A stretch of 62,229 bases of DNA, the filler included. It is 9 parts of 9 records of this genome, joined end to end, with 100 filler letters (N's around TTAATTAATTAA, not from the genome) between each part and the next. Parts side by side here need not be neighbours in the genome. Positions count along the whole stretch, not along the records: positions 35,980 to 49,649 come from SRR20825010_2166; positions 49,750 to 54,780 come from SRR20825010_2169; 7 more parts are not named here. One strand, written 5' to 3'. A model generated the notes under the pieces. That model was not told the origin of the DNA and did no database searches. It saw only the letters and a program-made list of their open reading frames with translations. Positions 43,217 through 52,602 of this stretch are shown piece by piece. Numbering within the stretch: position 1 is the stretch's first letter; every line of letters begins with the position of its first letter. A program made the translations under genes and the position numbers.

Positions 43217-44197
43217 TTATCCTCTGCCAACTGAATTTTTATTCTTAATGGTATTCATAATGATGGGCGCGTGTATCCGAGAGTTTTCAATGAACCATTT
43301 ATGGGTTTCCATGCCTCCACAGATTACACCTGCCAAGAATAGACCATCCACATTGGTCTCCATGGTTTCTGGGTCATACGTGGGCAATCTTTTTGGGTCG
43401 TCAGATAACGCAATGCCCAATTTTTTCAAAAAGGTGAAATTGGGACAGTACCCGGTCAGTGCCAGGACAAAATCGTTCTCCAAAATAACTTCACCTTCCG
43501 GAGTGTTGATTATGACCTCATGTGCCTTGATTTCTTTTACGGTGGAATTGTAATAGGCTTTAATGCTGCCTTCCTCAATACGGTTGATGATGTCGGGGCG
43601 CACCCAGTATTTTACGCGTGGCCCCACTTCCGAACCACGGATAACAAGGGTGACTTCCGCACCTTTTCGCCAACATTCCAGGGCCGCATCGATTGCGGAG
43701 TTGCTGGCACCGACCACTATTAATTTTTGACTGGCAAAAAAGTGTGGGTCGTTATAATAATGGGACACTTTGGGCAAGTCTTCGCCGGGAACATTTATTT
43801 TGTTCGGCAAGTCGTAGAATCCCGTGGCCACCACAACATTGTTGGCCACATATTCATCCTTATCGGTTTTCACCAAAAAAGTATCTCCTTGTTTTTTTGT
43901 GTCGACCACCTTTTCAAAAAGATGGATATTGAGCTGGTTCGAGGTAACAATCCTGCGATAATATTCCAGAGCCTCGTTGCGTTTGGGTTTTGCCTCTTTA
44001 CTGATGAACGGAATCTCATCGATTTCCAACTTCTCGGATGAGGAGAAGAACTGCATGTTTACAGGGTAGTTGTACAAAGAGTTTACAATCGGTCCTTTTT
44101 CTAGTATTATGTATGAAATGCCCTGTTTTTTGGCTTCTAGGCCACAGGCAATTCCAATGGGGCCGCCCCCTATGATGACAACATCAAATTGTTGCAT
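43217..44197 (-). CDS. ypdA: YpdA family putative bacillithiol disulfide reductase
   Basis: GGGPIG, YPVNMQFFSS, ATGFYD, WFIENSR. Confidence 0.9.
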   Translation of the reverse strand: MQQFDVVIIGGGPIGIACGLEAKKQGISYIILEKGPIVNSLYNYPVNMQFFSSSEKLEIDEIPFISKEAKPKRNEALEYYRRIVTSNQLNIHLFEKVVDTKKQGDTFLVKTDKDEYVANNVVVATGFYDLPNKINVPGEDLPKVSHYYNDPHFFASQKLIVVGASNSAIDAALECWRKGAEVTLVIRGSEVGPRVKYWVRPDIINRIEEGSIKAYYNSTVKEIKAHEVIINTPEGEVILENDFVLALTGYCPNFTFLKKLGIALSDDPKRLPTYDPETMETNVDGLFLAGVICGGMETHKWFIENSRIHAPIIMNTIKNKNSVGRG

Positions 44198-44856
44198 TAC
44201 GCTATTTCTTCTTTTAACTTCTTAATGGTTTGGGTCGGATTGGAACTTTTAAAAACAAAACTGCCAGCTACCAAAACGTCTGCTCCATGATCAATCAATT
44301 TTTTGGCATTGTCCGCATTTACCCCTCCATCAATTTCAATCAGGGTTTTTGCATTCTTACGCTTGATGATTTGCTTTAAATCTGCAACTTTTTGGTATGT
44401 GTTATCGATAAAGGATTGACCTCCAAACCCAGGGTTAACACTCATCACGATAACAATATCAATATCCTGAATGGTATCCTCCAATAATTTTACCGAGGTA
44501 TGCGGGTTTATGGCCACTCCGGCTTTCATTCCTTCTGCCTTTATGGCCTGTAGGGTTCTGTGTAAATGGGGGCAAGCCTCGTAATGAACGGTTAAATGGT
44601 CTACCCCTAAATCCCCAAAGGTTTTGATGTATCTGTCAGGATCAACAATCATCAAGTGTGTGTCCAACGGTTTTTTTGCATGTTGGGCAATAGCCTGTAT
44701 CACAGGCATTCCAAAGGAAATGTTCGGCACAAAAACACCGTCCATAACATCTAAATGGAACCAATCGGCATCACTTTGGTTCACCATTTCTATCTCGCGT
44801 TGCAAATTGGCAAAATCCGAAGCCAATAGCGAAGGTGCAATAATTTTTTTGCTCAT
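44197..44856 (-). CDS. rpe: Ribulose-phosphate 3-epimerase
   Basis: HLDVMDGVFVPN, MSVNPGFGGQ, IDGG. Confidence 0.97.
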   Translation of the reverse strand: MSKKIIAPSLLASDFANLQREIEMVNQSDADWFHLDVMDGVFVPNISFGMPVIQAIAQHAKKPLDTHLMIVDPDRYIKTFGDLGVDHLTVHYEACPHLHRTLQAIKAEGMKAGVAINPHTSVKLLEDTIQDIDIVIVMSVNPGFGGQSFIDNTYQKVADLKQIIKRKNAKTLIEIDGGVNADNAKKLIDHGADVLVAGSFVFKSSNPTQTIKKLKEEIA

Positions 44857-44921
44857 GTAAGAATCAACTCGTTCCCTACAAAGATAGTGAAATGTTAAAG
44901 CAATACCTTATCCGGTCATAT

Positions 44922-46193
44922 TCATTCGGGTGTGTTTTGTAGTGTGATGGGGCCATACACTGCATCTCTGAACCGTTTATGCAGTGAGCCGTTGTAGGGG
45001 AAGATTTGCACAAAGAACACTGCTGTGAGTTCGTTCACGGGGTCGACCCAAAACAAAGTGCTGGCCGCTCCATCCCAAAAGAATTCGCCCACAACGCCAT
45101 TGTTCTCTTCAACCGATGCAGGAGGTTGAAGCCGAACGGCAAAATCAATCCCGAAACCTACCTGTCCCTTGCTGGGCAACCAAGACCTATCCGTGATGTT
45201 TTCATCCAAATGGTTGGTGGACATCAACTCCACAGTTTGTGGTTCAAGAACCTCCACTCCATCCAATTTTCCATCGTTGACCAACATTCTGGCAAAGCGC
45301 ATATAATCATCAAGCGTTGATGTCAATCCCCAACCTCCTGGTGTCAATGGCCATTTTTTATAGTTGAAGGCATGGGCCTCTTCGTTTGGTAATTGATTCA
45401 GGGAATCACCTTCATGACTGTATGCTGATGACATCCTGTTTCTATCCGATTCGGGAACAACGTATCGCGTATTATTCATTTTTAAGGGGTCCAAAACATG
45501 TTCTTGCACATATTCGGCGTACGGCTGACCTGAAAGAAGCTCGACCAAATATGCCTGCACATCCACAGAAATACCATATTCCCAGTGCTCTCCTGGTTGG
45601 TATCCTAAAGGTATAGTGCTTAATTTTTTCGCCATTTCAGAGAGGGTATTCTCACGGTTCAAAGCGTCTGCCTCGGCTATGGCTTCTCCCAATCCAGGAA
45701 GATCTCTTCGGCCCGAAAAACCAGCAGTATGCCTGGTAATGTCAGCAATGGTGATTGGTCGTTTTGCAGGTTCCAAAATCATTTTACCGGCAATGGAATC
45801 GTACCCTTTGTAGACCTGCATATTGGCAAATTCGGGAGCATATTTTTCCAACGGATCGTCCAATTTGAATTTTCCTTCCTCGTACAATGTCATCAAGGCT
45901 GTTCCAGTGATTGGCTTTGTCATTGAATAAATCTGTACCAAGGTGTTGCGCTCCATGGGCTTTTTGTTCTTGAGATCGGCATAACCAAAGGCATTGAAAT
46001 AGACCTCTTTTCCTTTTTCATAAATCAAAGCTGATGCTCCGGCCACATCACCAAAGTCAACAAAACTTTGTAGAGTGGAGTCAATTCGTACTTCTACGGC
46101 TTCATCAACTAGATAATGGACCTCTGGTTCTTGTTCTTTGCAGGATGCAAAAAAGAAAAGGGCCACTAGTAAAAGGGATGCAGTTTGTTTCAT
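44922..46193 (-). CDS. Serine hydrolase (beta-lactamase class C-like) lipoprotein
   Basis: Lipobox FASC, SMTK (SxxK), WEYG, WDGAA. Confidence 0.88.
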   Translation of the reverse strand: MKQTASLLLVALFFFASCKEQEPEVHYLVDEAVEVRIDSTLQSFVDFGDVAGASALIYEKGKEVYFNAFGYADLKNKKPMERNTLVQIYSMTKPITGTALMTLYEEGKFKLDDPLEKYAPEFANMQVYKGYDSIAGKMILEPAKRPITIADITRHTAGFSGRRDLPGLGEAIAEADALNRENTLSEMAKKLSTIPLGYQPGEHWEYGISVDVQAYLVELLSGQPYAEYVQEHVLDPLKMNNTRYVVPESDRNRMSSAYSHEGDSLNQLPNEEAHAFNYKKWPLTPGGWGLTSTLDDYMRFARMLVNDGKLDGVEVLEPQTVELMSTNHLDENITDRSWLPSKGQVGFGIDFAVRLQPPASVEENNGVVGEFFWDGAASTLFWVDPVNELTAVFFVQIFPYNGSLHKRFRDAVYGPITLQNTPE

Positions 46194-46387
46194 TATGTGC
46201 ATGGGTTAAAATATGTTGGACTTCGGATATGAACAAATCAGTTTTATGTGAGAAGAAAGGTAGCTAATTTATTAGTATACCCTTATTATTTTAAGTTGAA
46301 AAGAATAGATATTTAAAATTTTAAAATACTTTTTTGTGAAAAATATAATATCACTTCACTGGTGATGGTAAATTTTATTATTTTCAT

Positions 46388-46401
46388 CGCAATCGATTGC
46401 G
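46388..46401. promoter_or_regulatory. LacI-family-type operator palindrome
   Basis: Perfect CGCAATCGATTGCG with central CG, 14 nt before the dehydratase ATG. Confidence 0.65.
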
Positions 46402-46415
46402 TTTATCAAATTTAA

Positions 46416-48137
46416 ATGAAAAAAAATAAAGAAAATCTTAGGAGCAAGGAATGGTTTGGCACCAACGACAAAATGGGTTTTGTACACCGTTCATGGCTTC
46501 GGAACCAAGGGTACCCCAATGATATGTTCCAAGGGAAGCCTGTAATTGGCATCTGTAATACCTGGTCGGAACTCACCCCTTGTAACGGTCATTTGCGCGA
46601 GTTTGCCGAAATTGTAAAAAAAGGAGTGCTGGAAGCAGGTGGATTTCCATTAGAATTCCCGGTGATGTCCCTTGGGGAGACCATAATGAGGCCTACCACC
46701 ATGCTTTTCAGAAATTTAGCCAGCATGGATGTCGAGGAATCCATCCGGGCAAACCCATTGGACGGCATCGTTTTGCTGACAGGTTGTGATAAGACCACTC
46801 CTTCGACGATTATGGGAGCTTGTAGTGTCGATCTTCCCACCATTGTGGTGCCGGGTGGCCCAATGTTGAACGGCAAATTCCGTGGAGGTGAAATCGGTTC
46901 AGGTTCCTTCAATTGGATGATCAAGGAAAAGCAGAAAAAGGACAAGTTTACAGAGGAGGACTTTTTAGAGGCCGAAATATGTGCTGCACGAAGCGCAGGG
47001 CATTGCAACACTATGGGAACGGCCTCTACAATGGCCACCATGGCGGAGGCCTTGGGATTGACACTGCCCGGAGCATCGGCGATTCCAGCAGTGGATGCCC
47101 GAAAAAAGGTAATGGCGCAACTTTCTGGAAGAAAAATTGTGGAAATGGTCAACCAAGACCTAAAGCTGTCCAAAATATTGACCCGGGAGGCTTTTGAAAA
47201 TGCAATTGTGGTAAATGCGGCCGTTGGCGGTTCCACCAATTTGATAGTCCATTTGCTGGCGATTGCAGGTAGGATAGGAGTTCCTTTGAAACTGGAAGAT
47301 TTTGATGAGATTGGAAGCCAGATTCCATTGTTGCTCAATCTGATGCCCTCCGGCAAGCATTTGATGGAAGATTATTTTTATGCGGGCGGTCTTCCGGTGG
47401 TGTTAAAGGAATTGAAATCAAAATTGCATGAAACCATTACGGTCAACGGAAAGAGCCATCAGGAGAATTGTGAAAAATCCATTTGCTACAATGAGGAGGT
47501 CATTGCCAAAATCGATGCTCCCTTTCAAAAGGATGCAGGAATTGCCGTTTTAAAAGGAAATCTATGTGAAAATGGGGCCGTCATAAAACCTTCTGCCGCA
47601 ACTCCTGAATTGATGAAACATAGGGGAAAAGCTGTCGTTTTTACCAGTATGGACGACTATCATGAACGGGTTGACGACCCAGATTTGGACATAGATGCAG
47701 ATAGTGTGATCGTTCTTCAAAATGTAGGTCCCAAAGGCTATCCGGGCATGCCTGAAGTGGGCAATGTTGATCTCCCGGAAAAATTGATCATGCAGGGCGT
47801 GAAGGATATGGTCAGAATTTCCGATGGACGGATGAGCGGGACGGCATATGGCACTGTGGTGCTCCACGTATCGCCCGAAGCGGCCATCGGCGGTACCTTG
47901 GCTTTGGTGAAAGATGGCGATTACATCGAACTGGATGTGGAGAACAGAAAATTGCATTTGGATGTAACGGAAGAAGAACTGGCTGAAAGAAGAGCCGCTT
48001 GGAAACCACCCCAACCCCATACGGATAGAGGTTACGTGAAAATTTATCTGAACCATGTAGAGCAAGCCGACAAGGGTGCGGATTTTGATATTTTGGTGGG
48101 TGGTTCTGGCAGTGAAGTAAAAGGAGATTTGCATTGA
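46416..48137 (+). CDS. IlvD/Edd family sugar-acid dehydratase
   Basis: PCNGHL, GCDKTTP, HCNTMGTASTM, SDGRMSGT. Confidence 0.92.
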   Translation: MKKNKENLRSKEWFGTNDKMGFVHRSWLRNQGYPNDMFQGKPVIGICNTWSELTPCNGHLREFAEIVKKGVLEAGGFPLEFPVMSLGETIMRPTTMLFRNLASMDVEESIRANPLDGIVLLTGCDKTTPSTIMGACSVDLPTIVVPGGPMLNGKFRGGEIGSGSFNWMIKEKQKKDKFTEEDFLEAEICAARSAGHCNTMGTASTMATMAEALGLTLPGASAIPAVDARKKVMAQLSGRKIVEMVNQDLKLSKILTREAFENAIVVNAAVGGSTNLIVHLLAIAGRIGVPLKLEDFDEIGSQIPLLLNLMPSGKHLMEDYFYAGGLPVVLKELKSKLHETITVNGKSHQENCEKSICYNEEVIAKIDAPFQKDAGIAVLKGNLCENGAVIKPSAATPELMKHRGKAVVFTSMDDYHERVDDPDLDIDADSVIVLQNVGPKGYPGMPEVGNVDLPEKLIMQGVKDMVRISDGRMSGTAYGTVVLHVSPEAAIGGTLALVKDGDYIELDVENRKLHLDVTEEELAERRAAWKPPQPHTDRGYVKIYLNHVEQADKGADFDILVGGSGSEVKGDLH

Positions 48138-48161
48138 CCATCATAATCTAAACAATCAACC

Positions 48162-49493
48162 ATGTTAGTAGTCTATCTTTTATTGAGCATTGCCCTTATC
48201 ATCGGGTTGATCAATTATTTACGTCTCCACCCATTTTTAGCACTTTTTATGGTGGCCATTTTTTTTGGTTTTGCCGCTGGGATGGACTATCAAGTTATTT
48301 TACAGACGATAAACGACGGATTTGGAGGTACGCTGGGAAAAATAGGACTGGTCATCATCTTCGGGGTGATCATCGGTGCATTCTTGGAAAATACAGGTGG
48401 TGCCTATGCGCTGGCCGAGGCGGTCATTAAAGTTGTGGGAAAGAAGCGGGTGCCTACGGCCATGGGAATTTTGGGATACTTTGTATCTATCCCTGTTTTT
48501 GCGGATAGTGGATTCATTTTACTTTCACCGCTGAACAAAAGTCTTTCAAAAAAAGCGGGGATCAGTTTAGCAGGATCGGCCATTGCACTTGCTATGGGTC
48601 TTACCATTGCCCACAATCTAGTGCCTCCAACTCCCGGACCCATAGCAGCGGCAGGTATTCTAAACGCTGATTTAGGACTGGTCTTGGCCTTGGCCATTCC
48701 CATTAGCATGGTAGCACTTGCAATGGCATTGTTATTTGCGACCAAGTTTGCAGCGCGTACCTATATTGACCCAAATCCGGATATTTCTCAGGAGGATATA
48801 GATGTCCGGATGAAAACGGCACCTTCTGCGTTTAAAGCTTCTTTGCCGATTTTGGTTCCCATTGTTTTGATTATGATGAATTCCCGATTACGGTTGATTC
48901 CCTCGGAGGAAATTGCATCTTGGCAATCATTTCTACAATTCTTGGGAGAACCGGTCATTGCCTTGGTCATTGGAATGTTTCTGGCCTTTGCCCTTCCCAA
49001 AAAATTGAACAAGGAATTGATTTCCACTGATGGATGGGTCGGGAAGGCATTAAAGGATTCTGCAAATATTTTATTGATTACCGGAGCAGGCGGTGTTTTT
49101 GGAAAGATGCTTCAAAATTCAGGAATAGCCGAAGTTATGGGAGATGCATTGAGCGATTTGAACCTTAGTTTTTTTCTTCCATTTTTGATTGCGTCAGCCA
49201 TAAAATTGGCGCAGGGTTCGTCCACGGTAGCATTGATAACAGCAGCCTCTATAGTATTTCCCATGATGGGAAGCCTTGGATTCGTTACGGAAATGGACAA
49301 GGCGTTATTGGTAATTTCAATAGGAGCAGGTTCCATGGTGGTCTCTCATGCCAATGATAGTTTTTTTTGGGTAGTGACCCAAATGAGCGGAATGAACATT
49401 GCCAAAGGCTATAAACTCCACAGTTTGGGAACTTTGGTCATTGGGTTAACATCCATAATTTCAGTATTGATCATAAGTCTATTTGTAAATTAA
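48162..49493 (+). CDS. GntP family permease
   Basis: HPFLAL, VPPTPGP, AQGSSTVA, SHANDSFFW. Confidence 0.93.
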   Translation: MLVVYLLLSIALIIGLINYLRLHPFLALFMVAIFFGFAAGMDYQVILQTINDGFGGTLGKIGLVIIFGVIIGAFLENTGGAYALAEAVIKVVGKKRVPTAMGILGYFVSIPVFADSGFILLSPLNKSLSKKAGISLAGSAIALAMGLTIAHNLVPPTPGPIAAAGILNADLGLVLALAIPISMVALAMALLFATKFAARTYIDPNPDISQEDIDVRMKTAPSAFKASLPILVPIVLIMMNSRLRLIPSEEIASWQSFLQFLGEPVIALVIGMFLAFALPKKLNKELISTDGWVGKALKDSANILLITGAGGVFGKMLQNSGIAEVMGDALSDLNLSFFLPFLIASAIKLAQGSSTVALITAASIVFPMMGSLGFVTEMDKALLVISIGAGSMVVSHANDSFFWVVTQMSGMNIAKGYKLHSLGTLVIGLTSIISVLIISLFVN

Positions 49494-49619
49494 CTGTTTG
49501 AAACTGTACAGAATTTTCTGGATACATTGTTGCCGATGAGCTGAAACAGGGGAATCCGTTTGGGATTTACCGCTTGGTAAATGGAGGGTTGATAAATTAA
49601 AAAGGGAGCTTTATAAACG

Positions 49620-49648
49620 AAAAAAACTCCGGTAATCAGCCGGAGTTT
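49620..49648. terminator. Terminator-like hairpin
   Basis: AAACTCCGG-TAATCAG-CCGGAGTTT preceded by an A-run. Confidence 0.6.
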
Positions 49649-49649
49649 A

Positions 49650-49749
49650 NNNNNNNNNNNNNNNNNNNNNNNNNNNNNNNNNNNNNNNNNNNNTTAATTA
49701 ATTAANNNNNNNNNNNNNNNNNNNNNNNNNNNNNNNNNNNNNNNNNNNN
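49650..49749. other. Artificial contig spacer
   Basis: N-TTAATTAATTAA-N. Confidence 0.98.
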
Positions 49750-49788
49750 AATCCGTGTACACCGGTTCGATTCCGGTCCGCGCCTCCA
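49750..49788 (+). tRNA. 3' half of a tRNA, probably tRNA-Cys
   Basis: ACCGGTTCGATTCCGGT T-arm, acceptor strand CCGCGCC, U discriminator, encoded CCA. Anticodon lost at the contig edge. Confidence 0.75.
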
Positions 49789-50138
49789 TTTATTTTTCCC
49801 AAAACCTGTATCGCAAGCGGACGTATCCCAATGGCCGGCCCTTGTTTGCGCGCGTCAATTCATTGATGCCACCTTCACAAGCTGCTGCTATCCTTAAACC
49901 CGCCAGAGCTCGCGCAGCCTTTTAAACTCAATCACTTAAGTTACATACCTATACAAAATCTTTCGTTAATCTCGCTCCCATTTAAGTAGTGGCTAGGTAT
50001 TCTTTAGAAGAAGCCGCCTTGATTTAATAATTCATTAAGTACTCGTTGCGAAAATACCCTTTATACGGGTCATGGTTTTTCTGTAAAATCCAGCCGTGAT
50101 CTGTCGATACGACCATATGCTAATGGGGAAGCACATAC

Positions 50139-50726
50139 GTGAACAAGCAAATGGGTAGGGAAATCACCAACCCGGCTGTAGAGCATCTCATAACCGATTA
50201 CACGCTCTCGCTCATGGGGTTAAGTGACCAGTATACAACAGGACATTGCAACGAAGTTGCAAGCATTGTCACCAAAGCTGCACGGGATATGGGCTTCAGT
50301 GGTCGCGATCTCGAAAACATAACCTTGGCGGGGTCCCTGCATGACCTTGGCAAGCAAGGTATTCCCAATGACATCCTCATCAAGCCGGGTGCGCTCACAC
50401 CATCAGAGTTTCGCCTGATTCAGGACCATGTTATGATCGGCGTCGATCTGCTCAACTCGATTGGTTTCAACTCGAAAGTTGTGCGCTATGTGGCGGAACA
50501 CCATGAAAGGCTGGATGGCTCTGGCTACCCCTTTGGCCTGAAAGGTGATGAAATCTCTGTTGGCGGGCAGCTATTGGGCATTGCCGATGTGGCTTCGGCC
50601 CTCACTTCCAAGCGCACATATCGCACCGCCTTCAACAAGGAAGAGCTCAAAATATTCCTTGAAGAACGTTGCCCGCTGCAGTTCAACCCTGACCTTGTGC
50701 AGGTGGTGCTCAGCCACTGTGAATAA
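50139..50726 (+). CDS. Stand-alone HD-GYP domain protein
   Basis: YTTGHC, LHDLGK, HHERLDGSGYP, IAD. Confidence 0.9.
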   Translation: MNKQMGREITNPAVEHLITDYTLSLMGLSDQYTTGHCNEVASIVTKAARDMGFSGRDLENITLAGSLHDLGKQGIPNDILIKPGALTPSEFRLIQDHVMIGVDLLNSIGFNSKVVRYVAEHHERLDGSGYPFGLKGDEISVGGQLLGIADVASALTSKRTYRTAFNKEELKIFLEERCPLQFNPDLVQVVLSHCE

Positions 50727-50804
50727 AAAGGTTTCCTGTGCTATAAAGATCAGCTTTACGCCGGGCATGCGGCAGCATAGGCTGCGAGCATGAGAGGATA
50801 AATC

Positions 50805-51053
50805 ATGCTCAAAACTGTTCCCGTTAAAATTGATGAAATCTACGTGCCCACTGATCGCCGCAAGGAGATCAAACAAAGCGAGATCGATACCATCGTCAGC
50901 GAGATGATGGAGGGTGTGATGCGCAAGCCCGTGCGTGTTCGCGAGGGCAAGGGCCGCTTTGTGCTCATTGAGGGTGTCAACCGGCTTGAGGCCTGCAAAA
51001 CGGTAGGCGACGAGACCATCCCCGCCTATATCGTGCAGGCCCGCAAGTTCTGA
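50805..51053 (+). CDS. Small ParB/Srx N-terminal domain protein
   Basis: 82 aa, PVRVR..FVLIEGVNRLEACK. GAGGA RBS. Confidence 0.8.
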   Translation: MLKTVPVKIDEIYVPTDRRKEIKQSEIDTIVSEMMEGVMRKPVRVREGKGRFVLIEGVNRLEACKTVGDETIPAYIVQARKF

Positions 51054-51077
51054 AAAAGGGCACTCGCCTATTCTGGG

Positions 51078-52427
51078 TTAATGGGCCGGGTTCCATGCCG
51101 CGAGTTTTTCTTCGCCCGCAGCCGTGTAACTGCGCACCGAAACAAGGCTGCTGCCTTCTGAATACTCATACTCAAATTTGGCGATTCCCCAAGTGCCGTG
51201 ATCAACAAGTGATCCACTTGTATCCACGAACCGGCGGGATATCAGACGTCCCTGCCCGTCAAATTCCAGTTGCTCGGACGCATGTCCATCACCTTTGTGA
51301 ACAGTTGGGTTGCCGTCCAGACCCTGAAAAGTGATTGCCTGCGGTCGGCCATTGCTGCCCAAGCTGGTGACAATCGCGTGCACACCTGAATAGCTGCTGG
51401 CAACAGGGCTACCGTCTTTGTCAAAGTACCGGTCTTTCAACAGATATGCCCCACCCTCAGACCATGTGCTCTTGATCTGGCCTATCCCGGTATTGGTATT
51501 TACCGGCGTCCCATCCACCCCATAGAGGAAACGGGCAGTGGCGTTGCCGTATTGGTCGAACTCATACACTACCTTATGTGCGCCCCACCCGGTGGTCTGC
51601 GGGGACCCGTCCGCATCGTTAAAGATAGCCACCTGCTCGCTACTATACTTTGAGGGTTCATAAACGATCTCGGCAATATCGCTCATGCCCCTTCTTGCCT
51701 TGCCTTGCATATCCAGGTTAAGCCAACCAGAGAACTGCCCGTGCCTGTTATAAGTGATCTGGGTCATAGCGATTCCAGCCTCGTCAGGGGTCAGTTCCTC
51801 CCCGCTTTCGCCCAAGTTATACATACGCGTTAGCAGGCCTTTTGCGTCATAGGCAAATCGGGTCACCATATAGCCAAACCCCGGCCGGTTCCGCACAAGC
51901 TCGCCAGCAGTGTTATAGCGCCGCTCGATCACCTCACCGTCTTCGCGGACATCCCACTCATACCGTGCTATACCAAAATCATTATCCAGCGGCTTGCCAT
52001 CCAGACCATAGAAAACGAGCGCTGTGCGCTGGCCTTTTACATCTAGGCCAAACCGCGTTTCATACACATCACCAGACACAAGGCTGCGATGCCCCCATTC
52101 ATTATGAAACCGACGAATTTCCTGGCCGTTTTCATATTGAATCGTAACACGAGGTGCCCTTACAAATCGGTCGGAAAACGCCCTCAACTCCCCGGTCTGG
52201 CTGTGGCGCACCTCTATAAGCCTTCCGTCCGCATCATAATCCAGCTCAAAATGCTTGGTCTCGCCAACTGCCTCAGAGCTGAGCGGGCGGGCACACCTGA
52301 TATCCGCAAACGGCGTTTCCCTAAAAACCACTCCTGCACAATATTCGGTATATGCCGCTGCGTGCGCGGGCTGGATGCTGCCCCCCATCATCATGGCGAA
52401 TAAAGCACTGACTGTAACTTTTCGCAT
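51078..52427 (-). CDS. Secreted protein with ~33-aa YD-like beta-hairpin repeats
   Basis: Signal peptide ending AHA. Recurrent G(I/V)Axxx(Y/F)x(Y/F)DxxG...(Y/F)xxxG units. GGAGG RBS. Confidence 0.7.
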   Translation of the reverse strand: MRKVTVSALFAMMMGGSIQPAHAAAYTEYCAGVVFRETPFADIRCARPLSSEAVGETKHFELDYDADGRLIEVRHSQTGELRAFSDRFVRAPRVTIQYENGQEIRRFHNEWGHRSLVSGDVYETRFGLDVKGQRTALVFYGLDGKPLDNDFGIARYEWDVREDGEVIERRYNTAGELVRNRPGFGYMVTRFAYDAKGLLTRMYNLGESGEELTPDEAGIAMTQITYNRHGQFSGWLNLDMQGKARRGMSDIAEIVYEPSKYSSEQVAIFNDADGSPQTTGWGAHKVVYEFDQYGNATARFLYGVDGTPVNTNTGIGQIKSTWSEGGAYLLKDRYFDKDGSPVASSYSGVHAIVTSLGSNGRPQAITFQGLDGNPTVHKGDGHASEQLEFDGQGRLISRRFVDTSGSLVDHGTWGIAKFEYEYSEGSSLVSVRSYTAAGEEKLAAWNPAH

Positions 52428-52602
52428 ATAAATTACCCCTCCGTTGGAACGTTGATCATGTCCTGCCATGCCTCCCAGCAACGAAGCATGCTCTACCAAC
52501 GAGACGGCAAAGGAAAGGTCACTCACCGCATAATAGAAACGGCATATCGACTTTTCAGGCCAAAGAAGTCCTTTGGCCCCAAAAGTCCCGACACTGCATT
52601 CT

